From Candidatus Omnitrophota bacterium (GTDB lineage Bacteria; Omnitrophota; Gorgyraeia; Gygaellales; Profunditerraquicolaceae): a DNA stretch of 64,000 bases. Below the pieces are notes generated by a model that saw nothing but the letters and a program-made list of their open reading frames with translations, did not search any database and was not told the origin of the DNA. The DNA lies in contig JACQXK010000032.1 of the NCBI GenBank assembly GCA_016208765.1, forward strand, positions 54,385 to 118,384, in the 5' to 3' direction. Within the stretch, counting starts at the first letter, position 1; each line of letters begins with the position of its first letter. The translations under genes were made by a program, and so were the position numbers. Positions 30,407 through 40,589 of the stretch are shown here, piece by piece.

Positions 30407-30646
30407 ATGAAACTTGAAAATATCATTTACAAAAAAGAATTTCGGGGAAATGTGACAAAAGACGGGAAAACTTACAGAAAATACAAAAAAGTCCCGCGCT
30501 TTAAATCTATCAGGAAAATCCTATTTATATTGCTGGCAGTAGAGATAGTTTTTATCATTATCGCAGCAATCATTATACTCCATCCAACACACAAAACAGC
30601 TAAAAACACACCAGAGAACCTTACCAGCGGTATAATAGAATACTAA
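30407..30646 (+). CDS. Small single-pass membrane protein, 79 aa
   Basis: GGAGG RBS before the ATG at 30407, a basic N-region and one hydrophobic helix. Confidence 0.6.
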   Translation: MKLENIIYKKEFRGNVTKDGKTYRKYKKVPRFKSIRKILFILLAVEIVFIIIAAIIILHPTHKTAKNTPENLTSGIIEY

Positions 30647-30670
30647 AGTTACAAGATAATCTTTATTAAT

Positions 30671-30705
30671 AAAAATGCCCGACGGAATATTCCATCGGGC
30701 ATTTT
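30671..30705. terminator. Bidirectional intrinsic terminator
   Basis: AAAATGCCCGA...TCGGGCATTTT between convergent genes. Confidence 0.75.
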
Positions 30706-30714
30706 ATGATTAAA

Positions 30715-30788
30715 TTGCGGGGATGCGATTTGAACGCATGACCTCAAGGTTATGAGCCTTGCGAGCTACCAGGCTGCTCCACCCCGCG
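30715..30788 (-). tRNA. tRNA-fMet (CAU), initiator
   Basis: CGCGGGGTGGAGCAGCCTGGTAGCTCG...CTCATAA...TTCAAAT...CCCCGCAA, with a C1:A72 mismatch and no encoded CCA. Confidence 0.95.
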
Positions 30789-30845
30789 AATGTCATTCAC
30801 TAACTCTGAGTAAAATATTATAGCAGAACCTGTAAATAACGCAAA

Positions 30846-31127
30846 CTATCTTTTCTTTTCAGGAACTATCTTTATGGGAATCTCGCCTTTACGCACAACC
30901 CCCATTTTTTCACGCGCGATTTTTTCCTGATAAACCGGATCCGCAGTTACCCTCTTAAGTTCTTCCTGCAGTAAAGAATTTTCAATATTAACCTGTTTAA
31001 TCTTTTTCTCCAGATCAGAATTCTTATCACGCAAATCCTGCAGTTTTGTATATCCGGGCAAAAATAACCCCAGCATTAAAACTGCAACTCCAAAAAGCCA
31101 AAATGCTTTTCTTAATATCGGAAGCAT
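30846..31127 (-). CDS. Septum formation initiator (FtsB/DivIC family)
   Basis: TM, coiled coil and EKIAREKMGVVRKGE, located just downstream of eno. Confidence 0.88.
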   Translation of the reverse strand: MLPILRKAFWLFGVAVLMLGLFLPGYTKLQDLRDKNSDLEKKIKQVNIENSLLQEELKRVTADPVYQEKIAREKMGVVRKGEIPIKIVPEKKR

Positions 31128-31130
31128 ACC

Positions 31131-32405
<1,275 letters not shown>

Positions 32406-32514
32406 TTACCCACAAGGGTACACCCGCGTAATACCTTATAGGCGCGGGGTGTTATAGGGTTAGTTAAAAATCTAAAATAACTTTCTAATTATACCTTCAA
32501 AAATTCTCAAGTCA

Positions 32515-32561
32515 ACCCCGTTAGAAATGTGTTGTAATTATAACATAATTTCTAACGGGGT
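32515..32561. repeat. REP-like inverted repeat ACCCCGTTAGAAAT...ATTTCTAACGGGGT
   Basis: Perfect 14-bp IR between the divergent eno and ftsH-like promoters. Confidence 0.8.
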
Positions 32562-32634
32562 CAAGAAAAGGTTTGACTTAAAGATTTTGGTATGTTATTT
32601 TAATATGAATTCACGCAAATTCTAAGGAGAGATT

Positions 32635-34317
32635 ATGAAAATAAACTGGAAAAAAGTTAAATACTATTTAAAGCTTTACTGGTTAAGAGCTCTGCTAATT
32701 TCACTCCTAGTTATCCTAGGCATCTCTCTTATCATTTTCATTTTTATTGGCTTACGCGCCTGGAACGAGGCTGAATCATACCTGCGCCAATCTCAGCTTG
32801 CAATGATCCCCTTACAGCTTTATCTGCAAATTGTTATGGCCTTAATCTTCGGCGTGGTTTACACCTTTATGTGGTATTGGCTGATGTTTAAAAAAGGAAC
32901 CCAGTCCTTTACCCAGACCACAAAAAAATCCGTTGCCGGACAAGAAATCGGGATCACATGGAACGATGTTATCGGCATGGATGAAGCCAAACAAGAAGCC
33001 CTTGAAATTGTAAGATTGATCAAGGACCGCGCAGAATTACAGCGCATCGGAGGAAAAATCTTGAAAGGCATCATCATGCTTGGGCCTCCCGGATGCGGAA
33101 AAACCTACCTTGCCAAAGCCATTGCCACTGAAGCCGGAATGCCTTTTATTTCAATGTCCGGTTCTGAATTCGTAGAAATGTATGTAGGTGTTGGCGCCGG
33201 AAGGATCCGCAGTTTATTTAAACGCGCTCAGCAATTAGCTGAATTAGAAGGTGGTTGTATCATTTTTATAGATGAAATTGATGCTGTAGGAGCAAGGCGT
33301 GGCATGGACGCTGGCTTCGGCGGAACCACTGAACACAACACCACCTTAAACCAGCTTCTGGTGGAAATGGATGGATTAAAGGATAAAGACTACAATGTTG
33401 TTTTAGTAGGAGCTACAAACGCCCCGGAAAACTATCTTGATGAAGCGCTTTTAAGGCCGGGAAGGTTTGACCGTAAGATCTATGTGGATAAACCAAGCCT
33501 CGCTGACCGGGAAAAATTATTTGATTATTACTTACAGAAAGTTAAATATGACCCCAGCGATATAAAAATAGATCGCTTGGCGCGTATTACTGTCGGAGCC
33601 AGCCCTGCAGACATCGCCAATATTGTCAGAGAAGCTGCTTTAATTACCGTACGCAACCAGAAGCCTGCCATCACTATGAAAGAAATTAATGATGCCAGAG
33701 AACGCATTGCTTTGGGTATAAAACGCAGGATAAAAATGACAGAACGTGAAAAATGGCAAACTGCTTATCATGAGGCAGGACACGCTATTGTTACGTATTT
33801 ACTTGTTCCATCTAAAGATGTATTTAAAATAACCATTACTCCTCGCGGCCACACCGGGGGCGCTACATGGGTGCCGGAACGCGAAGAAACCCTGATACAA
33901 GATAAAATTGAATTATTAAACGATATCAGGATCAGCCTCGGCTCTTACGCCGCAGAGCGAATTAAACTTGGACATACAACCGCAGGAGTCGTTGGAGATT
34001 TTGGCTCTGCAATCACCACTGCACACAACATGGCTTGGCGCCTTGGAATGGGCAAAAGCGGTTTGATCGGTGATTTTCATTTGTTAAACACAAACCAATA
34101 TACAGCCGGGAATATTTCCGAAGAAACCAAAGCCCGCCTTGATAAAGATGTACAGGATATCATGCAAACCTGCCTTAAAGAAGTAGAAGAGCTCCTTTTA
34201 AATGAAAACCCGCTTCTTGAACGCCTTGCCAAAGAACTCGTCAGCAAAGAGGAGCTTAATTACGATGAAATTGAATCCATATTCAAAGAATTCGGAAAGA
34301 TCAGGCCTGTTTCTTAA
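32635..34317 (+). CDS. FtsH-family AAA+ zinc metalloprotease (short N-terminus)
   Basis: Two TMs, GPPGCGKT, IFIDEIDAVG, second region of homology ALLRPGRFDR and HEAGH. Confidence 0.93.
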   Translation: MKINWKKVKYYLKLYWLRALLISLLVILGISLIIFIFIGLRAWNEAESYLRQSQLAMIPLQLYLQIVMALIFGVVYTFMWYWLMFKKGTQSFTQTTKKSVAGQEIGITWNDVIGMDEAKQEALEIVRLIKDRAELQRIGGKILKGIIMLGPPGCGKTYLAKAIATEAGMPFISMSGSEFVEMYVGVGAGRIRSLFKRAQQLAELEGGCIIFIDEIDAVGARRGMDAGFGGTTEHNTTLNQLLVEMDGLKDKDYNVVLVGATNAPENYLDEALLRPGRFDRKIYVDKPSLADREKLFDYYLQKVKYDPSDIKIDRLARITVGASPADIANIVREAALITVRNQKPAITMKEINDARERIALGIKRRIKMTEREKWQTAYHEAGHAIVTYLLVPSKDVFKITITPRGHTGGATWVPEREETLIQDKIELLNDIRISLGSYAAERIKLGHTTAGVVGDFGSAITTAHNMAWRLGMGKSGLIGDFHLLNTNQYTAGNISEETKARLDKDVQDIMQTCLKEVEELLLNENPLLERLAKELVSKEELNYDEIESIFKEFGKIRPVS

Positions 34318-35164
34318 GGGCCTGATCTTCTCTCTTACCCTTCTTGTCTTTCTATGCGGCTGCAGCGCTTCCACAAAACCAACCTACCAAATAGAAAATA
34401 TTGCAGCTGACTTAGAAAGAATCTGCAAAGATGAATATAAAATAGACATTAAAGCAAAACAAGTCGGCTCTACGCTTTGGATCTATATGCCGGTAGAAAA
34501 CATACTTATCAAATCCGATAAGCCGGAAAAATACACCGAGAAATTTGCAATTGAGAAAAACACAAATAATTCTTTTAAAGATAACGCATTGAAAGTTGAT
34601 TACGCCATAAAAGCTATTTCTGATACAGAGAAAACCCAGGATTATAAATACAACAAAGACATCTCAGAAAAGATTAATGATGTATGGGTAGCTTTAAGAA
34701 GAATACTTTTCAGCCTTGAGTGCGAGAAAATTAATGAACCAAAGTTTTTTTGCATGGCTATTGCTGATATAAAAAACGGCTTTATTCTTAAGGAAACATT
34801 CTTCGGATTAGACATTAAAAAGGTTTCCTATCAATACATCTCAATGACTGAATATCAACACAGAAGTATTCAGGATATGGATATTTTACCTCAGGTTATC
34901 GGGGACAAAGACGCTAAAAACTTTGATTTTAAAGAAGTTACTATGGAAGATTTTCTTGCAAAGCAGATTGAACAAAGAATCAGGCTCAAATTTCAGAAAC
35001 CGGAGGTAAATAAAGACGCAGATATTGACAAAGAAATTATCAAGATTATTGCCCACACCCTTAAAACCTACGGCTTTAAGGATTTTGACTACATTGAACT
35101 GAACAACAACATCTCAAACAACAAGATTACCCTAAACCAAGGGGCAATCTTAGCTATTGAATAA
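34265..35164 (+). CDS. Putative lipoprotein coupled to the FtsH paralog
   Basis: Lipobox-like LCGC after a hydrophobic stretch. It overlaps the FtsH 3' end and the start is uncertain. Confidence 0.7.
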   Translation: MKLNPYSKNSERSGLFLKGLIFSLTLLVFLCGCSASTKPTYQIENIAADLERICKDEYKIDIKAKQVGSTLWIYMPVENILIKSDKPEKYTEKFAIEKNTNNSFKDNALKVDYAIKAISDTEKTQDYKYNKDISEKINDVWVALRRILFSLECEKINEPKFFCMAIADIKNGFILKETFFGLDIKKVSYQYISMTEYQHRSIQDMDILPQVIGDKDAKNFDFKEVTMEDFLAKQIEQRIRLKFQKPEVNKDADIDKEIIKIIAHTLKTYGFKDFDYIELNNNISNNKITLNQGAILAIE

Positions 35165-35756
35165 TAACTTTCCTGCCTTTTAATTTCATCTTTCCCCTGA
35201 GAATTAAACTTATTGCCTGCGGATAAAGCTCGTGCTCAACTTTATGGATCTTTTCCTCAAGGCTCTTTAAGGTGTCCTTATTTGTTATAGGCACCGGCTC
35301 TTGCAAAATTACAGGCCCCCCATCTAAATCATTAGTTACAAAATGAACTGTAACGCCGGTTACCTTAACGCCATAGTTAAAAGCGTCTTTAATCCCGTGC
35401 GCCCCTTTAAAAGAAGGAAGTAAGGCAGGATGAATATTAATAATACGATTCTTGTACGTTTCTAATAATTCTTTACCGATAATGCGCATAAACCCTGCCA
35501 AAACAATCAAATCAATTTTATTTTCTTTTAAAATTTCAATGATCTTTAATTCAAAATCGCAATTTGAGGAAAAGTCTTCTCTTTTAATAAGTACGGCTTT
35601 TACCTTAGCTGCCTTAGCCCTCTTAATCACAAATGCATCAGGCTGGTCGCAGACTAACAACGCTAAATTTGCCTTTATTCTTCCATTCTTTACTGCCCTG
35701 GCAATAGCTGAAAAATTAGTGCCATTACCCGAAGCAAAAACCGCGATATTTTTCAT
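35154..35756 (-). CDS. purN: Phosphoribosylglycinamide formyltransferase
   Basis: FASGNGTN, LAGFMR, NIHPALLP and TGVTVH. ATGA overlap with the rnfB stop. Confidence 0.97.
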   Translation of the reverse strand: MKNIAVFASGNGTNFSAIARAVKNGRIKANLALLVCDQPDAFVIKRAKAAKVKAVLIKREDFSSNCDFELKIIEILKENKIDLIVLAGFMRIIGKELLETYKNRIINIHPALLPSFKGAHGIKDAFNYGVKVTGVTVHFVTNDLDGGPVILQEPVPITNKDTLKSLEEKIHKVEHELYPQAISLILRGKMKLKGRKVIIQ

Positions 35757-36541
35757 TCTCTTATCCTTATGCATTTAGTCGGACAAACTTTCACACAATC
35801 ACCGCAAGAAGTACATTTATGATAATCAATAACTGCTAAATTATCAACCACATGAATCGCATCAAACTTACAGGTTTTCTCACAAAGCCTGCAGGCAATA
35901 CAACCAACCGGGCAAACCGCCTTTGTATCCTTGCCCAAATCATGAGAACTGCAATTAACATAAACATTTTGCGCAACGTTAACCAAAGTAAATAGTTTTT
36001 TAGGACAAACCAGAACACACTTATTACAAGCCCTGCATTTATACTTATCAACAACCGGAAGCCCCTGCTTAGACATAGAAATTGCCCCAAACGGGCATAC
36101 CTTAACGCACGTTCCAAAACCCAAACATCCGAATACACATTCTTTCTGGCCACCCAATACTAAATTCGCTGCTACGCAATCTTCTATCCCGGAATAAATA
36201 TATTTGTCTTTTATTTTATTGCCTCCGCCGCAATGTAAAATAGCAATCTTTTTTGCCTGCTTCTCTATTTTCTGGCCTAATAAATGCGCTACCTTCTCTT
36301 TTACCTTGTCTTCGGTAACCCGGCAGGAATCAATGCTTGCCTTGCCTGAAAGAAGCATTTCTGCAAAACCAAAACAACCTGCTCCTCCGCAGGCGCCGCA
36401 ATTTGCTCCCGGCAAGAGCCCGTGGATCTTTTCAAGACGAGGGTCAATTTGTACGGCAAGTTTCTTTGAAGCAATAGCCAAGCCAATGCCGAAAACAAGG
36501 CCTAACAAACCTAAAGAAATAATTGGTATAAGTATTTCCAT
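35753..36541 (-). CDS. rnfB: Rnf complex subunit B
   Basis: N-terminal TM, LPGANCGACG..GC and multiple 4Fe-4S motifs. Confidence 0.95.
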   Translation of the reverse strand: MEILIPIISLGLLGLVFGIGLAIASKKLAVQIDPRLEKIHGLLPGANCGACGGAGCFGFAEMLLSGKASIDSCRVTEDKVKEKVAHLLGQKIEKQAKKIAILHCGGGNKIKDKYIYSGIEDCVAANLVLGGQKECVFGCLGFGTCVKVCPFGAISMSKQGLPVVDKYKCRACNKCVLVCPKKLFTLVNVAQNVYVNCSSHDLGKDTKAVCPVGCIACRLCEKTCKFDAIHVVDNLAVIDYHKCTSCGDCVKVCPTKCIRIRE

Positions 36542-36558
36542 AATTGTAGCCTAACGCC

Positions 36559-37167
36559 TTAAAACCTAAACCCGTTAAAACCCATAAAGCTCAAGCTCAT
36601 AATTGAAGCAATAATAAACGCGATAGGAAAATCCTTTAGCGCCTTAGGTATAGAGCACAATTCAAGCCTCTCCCTGATCCCCGACATTAAAAGCATGGCT
36701 AAAGTATAACCGAGCCCCACGCAAACCCCCTGAAACAAAGAATACCAGAAACTCCCCCCAACTGCCTTACCCTTAACAAAAAACATATCAACGTTTAAAA
36801 CCGCAACACCGAGCACCGCACAGTTAACAGTAATCAAAGGAAGATAAATTCCGAAAATCCGATACAATGGCGGCGCAAATTTTCTAACCACCATTTCTAC
36901 AAACTGCACAGAAGTAGCAATCACCAGAATAAAAGAAATCGTACGCAGATATTCCAGGCCAAACGGTACAAGCAAGAAACGGTATATAAACCATGTGATT
37001 GCAGATGACATTACAATCACAAACATTACCGCGAAGCTCATGGCAAGCGCCGGCTTTGTCTCCTTGGAAATCGCGATAAAAGAACACAGCCCCAGGAAAC
37101 GCGACAGAATGACATTTGAAACAAAAACCGCCGAGATAAAAATCATCAAAAATTGCGCAATCGTCAT
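36559..37167 (-). CDS. rnfA: Rnf complex subunit A
   Basis: FLGLC, LPLITVNCAVLG and GIRERL. Confidence 0.93.
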   Translation of the reverse strand: MTIAQFLMIFISAVFVSNVILSRFLGLCSFIAISKETKPALAMSFAVMFVIVMSSAITWFIYRFLLVPFGLEYLRTISFILVIATSVQFVEMVVRKFAPPLYRIFGIYLPLITVNCAVLGVAVLNVDMFFVKGKAVGGSFWYSLFQGVCVGLGYTLAMLLMSGIRERLELCSIPKALKDFPIAFIIASIMSLSFMGFNGFRF

Positions 37168-37175
37168 AAAACTCC

Positions 37176-37769
37176 TTAAGCCTTATCTTTCTTAAAAAGA
37201 TTAAAAAATGCCAATAACAAACCAATTACCAAAAGTGCACCAGAGGGCATACCAATGGCAAACATCGGTTCAAACCCCCTAAACATCATTACGCCAAGGA
37301 TTTTTCCACTTCCTAACAATTCTCTAATTGCAGAAATTAAAACCAATGCTAAACCAAAACCAGCCCCCATGCCCAATGCGTCAAAAACAGAATTTAATAC
37401 TGAATTTTTAGAGGCAAAAGCTTCTGCCCTTCCCAAGACTATGCAATTAACCACAATTAAAGGCACATAGATCCCCAAGGCGCGGTTTAACGCCGGGCTA
37501 TACGCTTTCATCAGCAATTCAATAATTGTAACAAAGGTAGCAATAACTACAATATAACAAGGGATCCTGATGCGTTCAGGGATTAAATTTTTAATCAAGG
37601 CTATAATAATATTTGATCCTAAAAGCACAAATGTAGCAGCCACTGACATACCAATGCCGTTCACAACCGAAACAGAAACAGCCAGCGTCGGACACAATCC
37701 AAGTGCCAGCACAAATGTCGGATTCTCTTTAATAATACCTTTTGTAAATTCTCTGATTGGATTACTCAT
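37176..37769 (-). CDS. rnfE: Rnf complex subunit E
   Basis: ENP..VL.LGLCPTLAV, PLIVVNCIVLGRAE and IRELLG. Start set at MSNPIR. Confidence 0.95.
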   Translation of the reverse strand: MSNPIREFTKGIIKENPTFVLALGLCPTLAVSVSVVNGIGMSVAATFVLLGSNIIIALIKNLIPERIRIPCYIVVIATFVTIIELLMKAYSPALNRALGIYVPLIVVNCIVLGRAEAFASKNSVLNSVFDALGMGAGFGLALVLISAIRELLGSGKILGVMMFRGFEPMFAIGMPSGALLVIGLLLAFFNLFKKDKA

Positions 37770-37789
37770 CTTAAAATTACAAGTTATCC

Positions 37790-37848
37790 CGACGTTCACC
37801 TGCGGTTCAGTCGGGATCCCGACCTATATGCAATAGAGCGTCGGGACA
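37790..37848. repeat. Twin TCCCGAC...GTCGGGA palindromes embedded in TTACAAG/TTACGAG heptamers
   Basis: atcccgac-16 nt-gtcgggat directly joined to cccgac-17 nt-gtcgggac in the rnfD-rnfE spacer. Confidence 0.75.
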
Positions 37849-37868
37849 AGTTACACCGTTACGAGTTA

Positions 37869-38804
37869 CTAACAACCATATATCCTATTCTTCGTAAACC
37901 TGTCAATTATAGGTGTTGCCGCATTCATCATTAATATCGCGTAAGAAACCCCCTCAGGATAACCTCCCCACAACCGGATAACCGCAGTAATCACGCCGCA
38001 GCCCGCGCCAAAGATAATCTGGCCTTTATAAGTTAATGGGCTTGTAACATAATCTGTAGCCATAAAAAAAGCCCCCAGGATCAAACCGCCTGTGAGTATA
38101 TGAAACAACCAGTCACCGCTAAAATACCCATTAGGGCCAAAGATAAATGTCAATAACCCCACAGTTAAAATATATGTAATTGGGATGTGCCAGCTAATAT
38201 ATTTTTTGACAAACAAAAATGCTGCTCCGATTAACAGCGCCAAAATACATACTTCCCCGATACAGCCTCCGTGCCAGCCAATAAAAATATCCCAATAAGA
38301 AAATTGCGCAGCTGTTTTTACATGCCTCAGAATTGCCAAAGGAGTAGCCCCTGTTATTGCGTCATATCCCGGGTTAACAAAAGTAGTCATATACTTTGGC
38401 CAGCAAGCCATCAAGAAAACCCTTCCGGTTAAGGCAGGATTAAAAATATTCTGTCCCAATCCTCCAAAAATCTGTTTTCCAATAGCAATGGCAAAAAAAG
38501 AACCGACTATTGGAAGCCAAAAAGGGACATTAGAAGGCAAATTATAAGCAAGCAATAACCCTGTAAGCACAGCGCTTCCATCAAGAATAGCCACTTTCTT
38601 TTTTGTCAACACCTGCAAGATACCTTCTGCTACAACTGCCGTGATTACCGACCAGAAAATCACCCAAAACGCGCTCCAGCCAAAGATAATTACCCCGGCT
38701 GCCCCCGCAGGCACAAGGCTCAAAGAAACCAGCCACATAATCTTTCGCACTGTTTCTTTATTATGTATATGCGGAGAAACTGCGACAATTAATCTATCAG
38801 TCAT
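37869..38804 (-). CDS. rnfD: Rnf complex subunit D
   Basis: SPHIH, FGGLGQNIFNPAL, FMN site TGATPL and FFMATDYVTSP. Confidence 0.96.
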   Translation of the reverse strand: MTDRLIVAVSPHIHNKETVRKIMWLVSLSLVPAGAAGVIIFGWSAFWVIFWSVITAVVAEGILQVLTKKKVAILDGSAVLTGLLLAYNLPSNVPFWLPIVGSFFAIAIGKQIFGGLGQNIFNPALTGRVFLMACWPKYMTTFVNPGYDAITGATPLAILRHVKTAAQFSYWDIFIGWHGGCIGEVCILALLIGAAFLFVKKYISWHIPITYILTVGLLTFIFGPNGYFSGDWLFHILTGGLILGAFFMATDYVTSPLTYKGQIIFGAGCGVITAVIRLWGGYPEGVSYAILMMNAATPIIDRFTKNRIYGC

Positions 38805-39318
38805 TCTTAATCAGCTCCTGGATCTCTTGCGATTTCTTATTAACTGAATTAATCACTGCCCTTGAAGAAATGGTTGCTCCTGTAATTGCCTGCACATTTC
38901 CTAAATCTTTTATATTTTTATTGGCAAATCTGCCGGTAAACTCTTTATCTGCAACATTCGTCCCTAAACCGGGAGTTTCATTCTGGCTCAAAACCTTTAT
39001 GGCATTCACAGTCCCATTCTTAAACATACCCACCATTGTTTCTATATTGCTGGAATAACCTTTTCCAATGGCCTTAAAAGCAACTCCTAAAAGATTTCCT
39101 GAAGCATCAAAGGCCTTGTAATAGATAGTTTCTTCTGCAGATTTTACCGGCTCAAAGCGCACAGCTTCAGGCAATACTTCTTTCAAACTTGCCTCTTCTT
39201 CAAACTGGGCCTGAGCAACAATTTTGGCTTTGGTTATTTTATTTACTCCTGCCAATAACCCTCCGGCTGCCACACAAATTATTGAAAGCGTCATGCCATA
39301 ACGCAGCATATCTTTCAT
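38797..39318 (-). CDS. rnfG: Rnf complex subunit G
   Basis: N-terminal TM, ETPGLG and FMN site ITGATISS. Confidence 0.95.
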   Translation of the reverse strand: MKDMLRYGMTLSIICVAAGGLLAGVNKITKAKIVAQAQFEEEASLKEVLPEAVRFEPVKSAEETIYYKAFDASGNLLGVAFKAIGKGYSSNIETMVGMFKNGTVNAIKVLSQNETPGLGTNVADKEFTGRFANKNIKDLGNVQAITGATISSRAVINSVNKKSQEIQELIKND

Positions 39319-40589
39319 TTTGCTATCTCCAATTTTGCCCTTTTAATCGTCTGCACTAACCTTCTTTTTGCAGGACAGACATAATTACAAATACCACACT
39401 CAATGCAATCAGCTGCCCCATAATCTTTTGCCTGCTGCCACAGAGACTTTTCAGAAGAAAGATTGATCAGGCACGGCATTAATCCTGCAGGGCACTCCCT
39501 GACACAGGCTCCGCAGCGAATACAAAACTCCTCTTCCAAAACCCGAGCCTCTTTTTCATTAAACAACAGGACTCCGCCGGTTGATTTAATCACCGGCACA
39601 TCATCTGTGTATTGAGCAAGCCCCATCATGGGCCCTCCGATAATGATTTTAGCCGGCCTTGTTATCATTGGCCCGCAATAATTGATCAACTCTTTGATCG
39701 GTGTCCCGATACGCACAAGCAAATTCTTAGGATTAACCACACAACTTCCTGTAACTGTTACCACCCGCTCATATAACGGCTTAGCCAAATATACAGCCTC
39801 ATAAATAGCATAAATTGTAGCAACATTCTGCACTACTACGCCTGCGTCAAAAGGAAGTTTTCCTCTTGGGACTTCTTTATGTAAAACATTCCTGATTAAC
39901 TGCTTTTCTCCGCCCTGAGGATACTGGGATTTTAAAATGCTTATCGCATATCGTTTATCGCATATCAACTGAAACTGCTTGATAGCTTCGGGTTTATTAT
40001 CTTCAATTGCAATATAAATATTTTTTGCGCCAACGCACTTGGCAGCCAATTTTATCCCGGCAATGATTTCTTTGGTTTTTTCAATCATCAAACGGTTGTC
40101 GCTATTTAAAAACGGCTCACATTCTGCGCCATTAACAATCAAAGTATCAACCGGTTTTGGCGGATTTAATTTAATATGTGTGGGAAAACTCGCCCCTCCC
40201 ATTCCCACAATCCCGGCTTCAAAAACCATGTTACGGATTTGTTCGGCAGTAAGACTATCAACCTCGGCTTGCCCCTTGGGATTTGCGGCTTGCAGCTTAT
40301 CAGAGCCATCACCTTCTATCACTATTGCCTTACACCTGCCTAAAACTGGATGCGGCCAATCCTGTATAGCTGTAACCTTACCGGATATTGAAGCATGGAT
40401 CCTCGCATGCACATGCGCCTGAGCAGAAGCTACCAACTGTCCTCTTACCACCTCATCACCAACCTTAACCTCCGGAACACATATTTTACCCAAATGCTGG
40501 CTCAAAGGAATATAAACCTTTTTAGGTAAAGGCAATGCTTCAATAAGCTTATGCTCTGTCCTATCCTTACACTCTGCTAATCTAACCAT
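39315..40589 (-). CDS. rnfC: Rnf complex subunit C
   Basis: GIVGMGGA.FPT, NGAECEP, YPQGGEKQL, GGPMMG and two 4Fe-4S motifs. Confidence 0.96.
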   Translation of the reverse strand: MVRLAECKDRTEHKLIEALPLPKKVYIPLSQHLGKICVPEVKVGDEVVRGQLVASAQAHVHARIHASISGKVTAIQDWPHPVLGRCKAIVIEGDGSDKLQAANPKGQAEVDSLTAEQIRNMVFEAGIVGMGGASFPTHIKLNPPKPVDTLIVNGAECEPFLNSDNRLMIEKTKEIIAGIKLAAKCVGAKNIYIAIEDNKPEAIKQFQLICDKRYAISILKSQYPQGGEKQLIRNVLHKEVPRGKLPFDAGVVVQNVATIYAIYEAVYLAKPLYERVVTVTGSCVVNPKNLLVRIGTPIKELINYCGPMITRPAKIIIGGPMMGLAQYTDDVPVIKSTGGVLLFNEKEARVLEEEFCIRCGACVRECPAGLMPCLINLSSEKSLWQQAKDYGAADCIECGICNYVCPAKRRLVQTIKRAKLEIAK

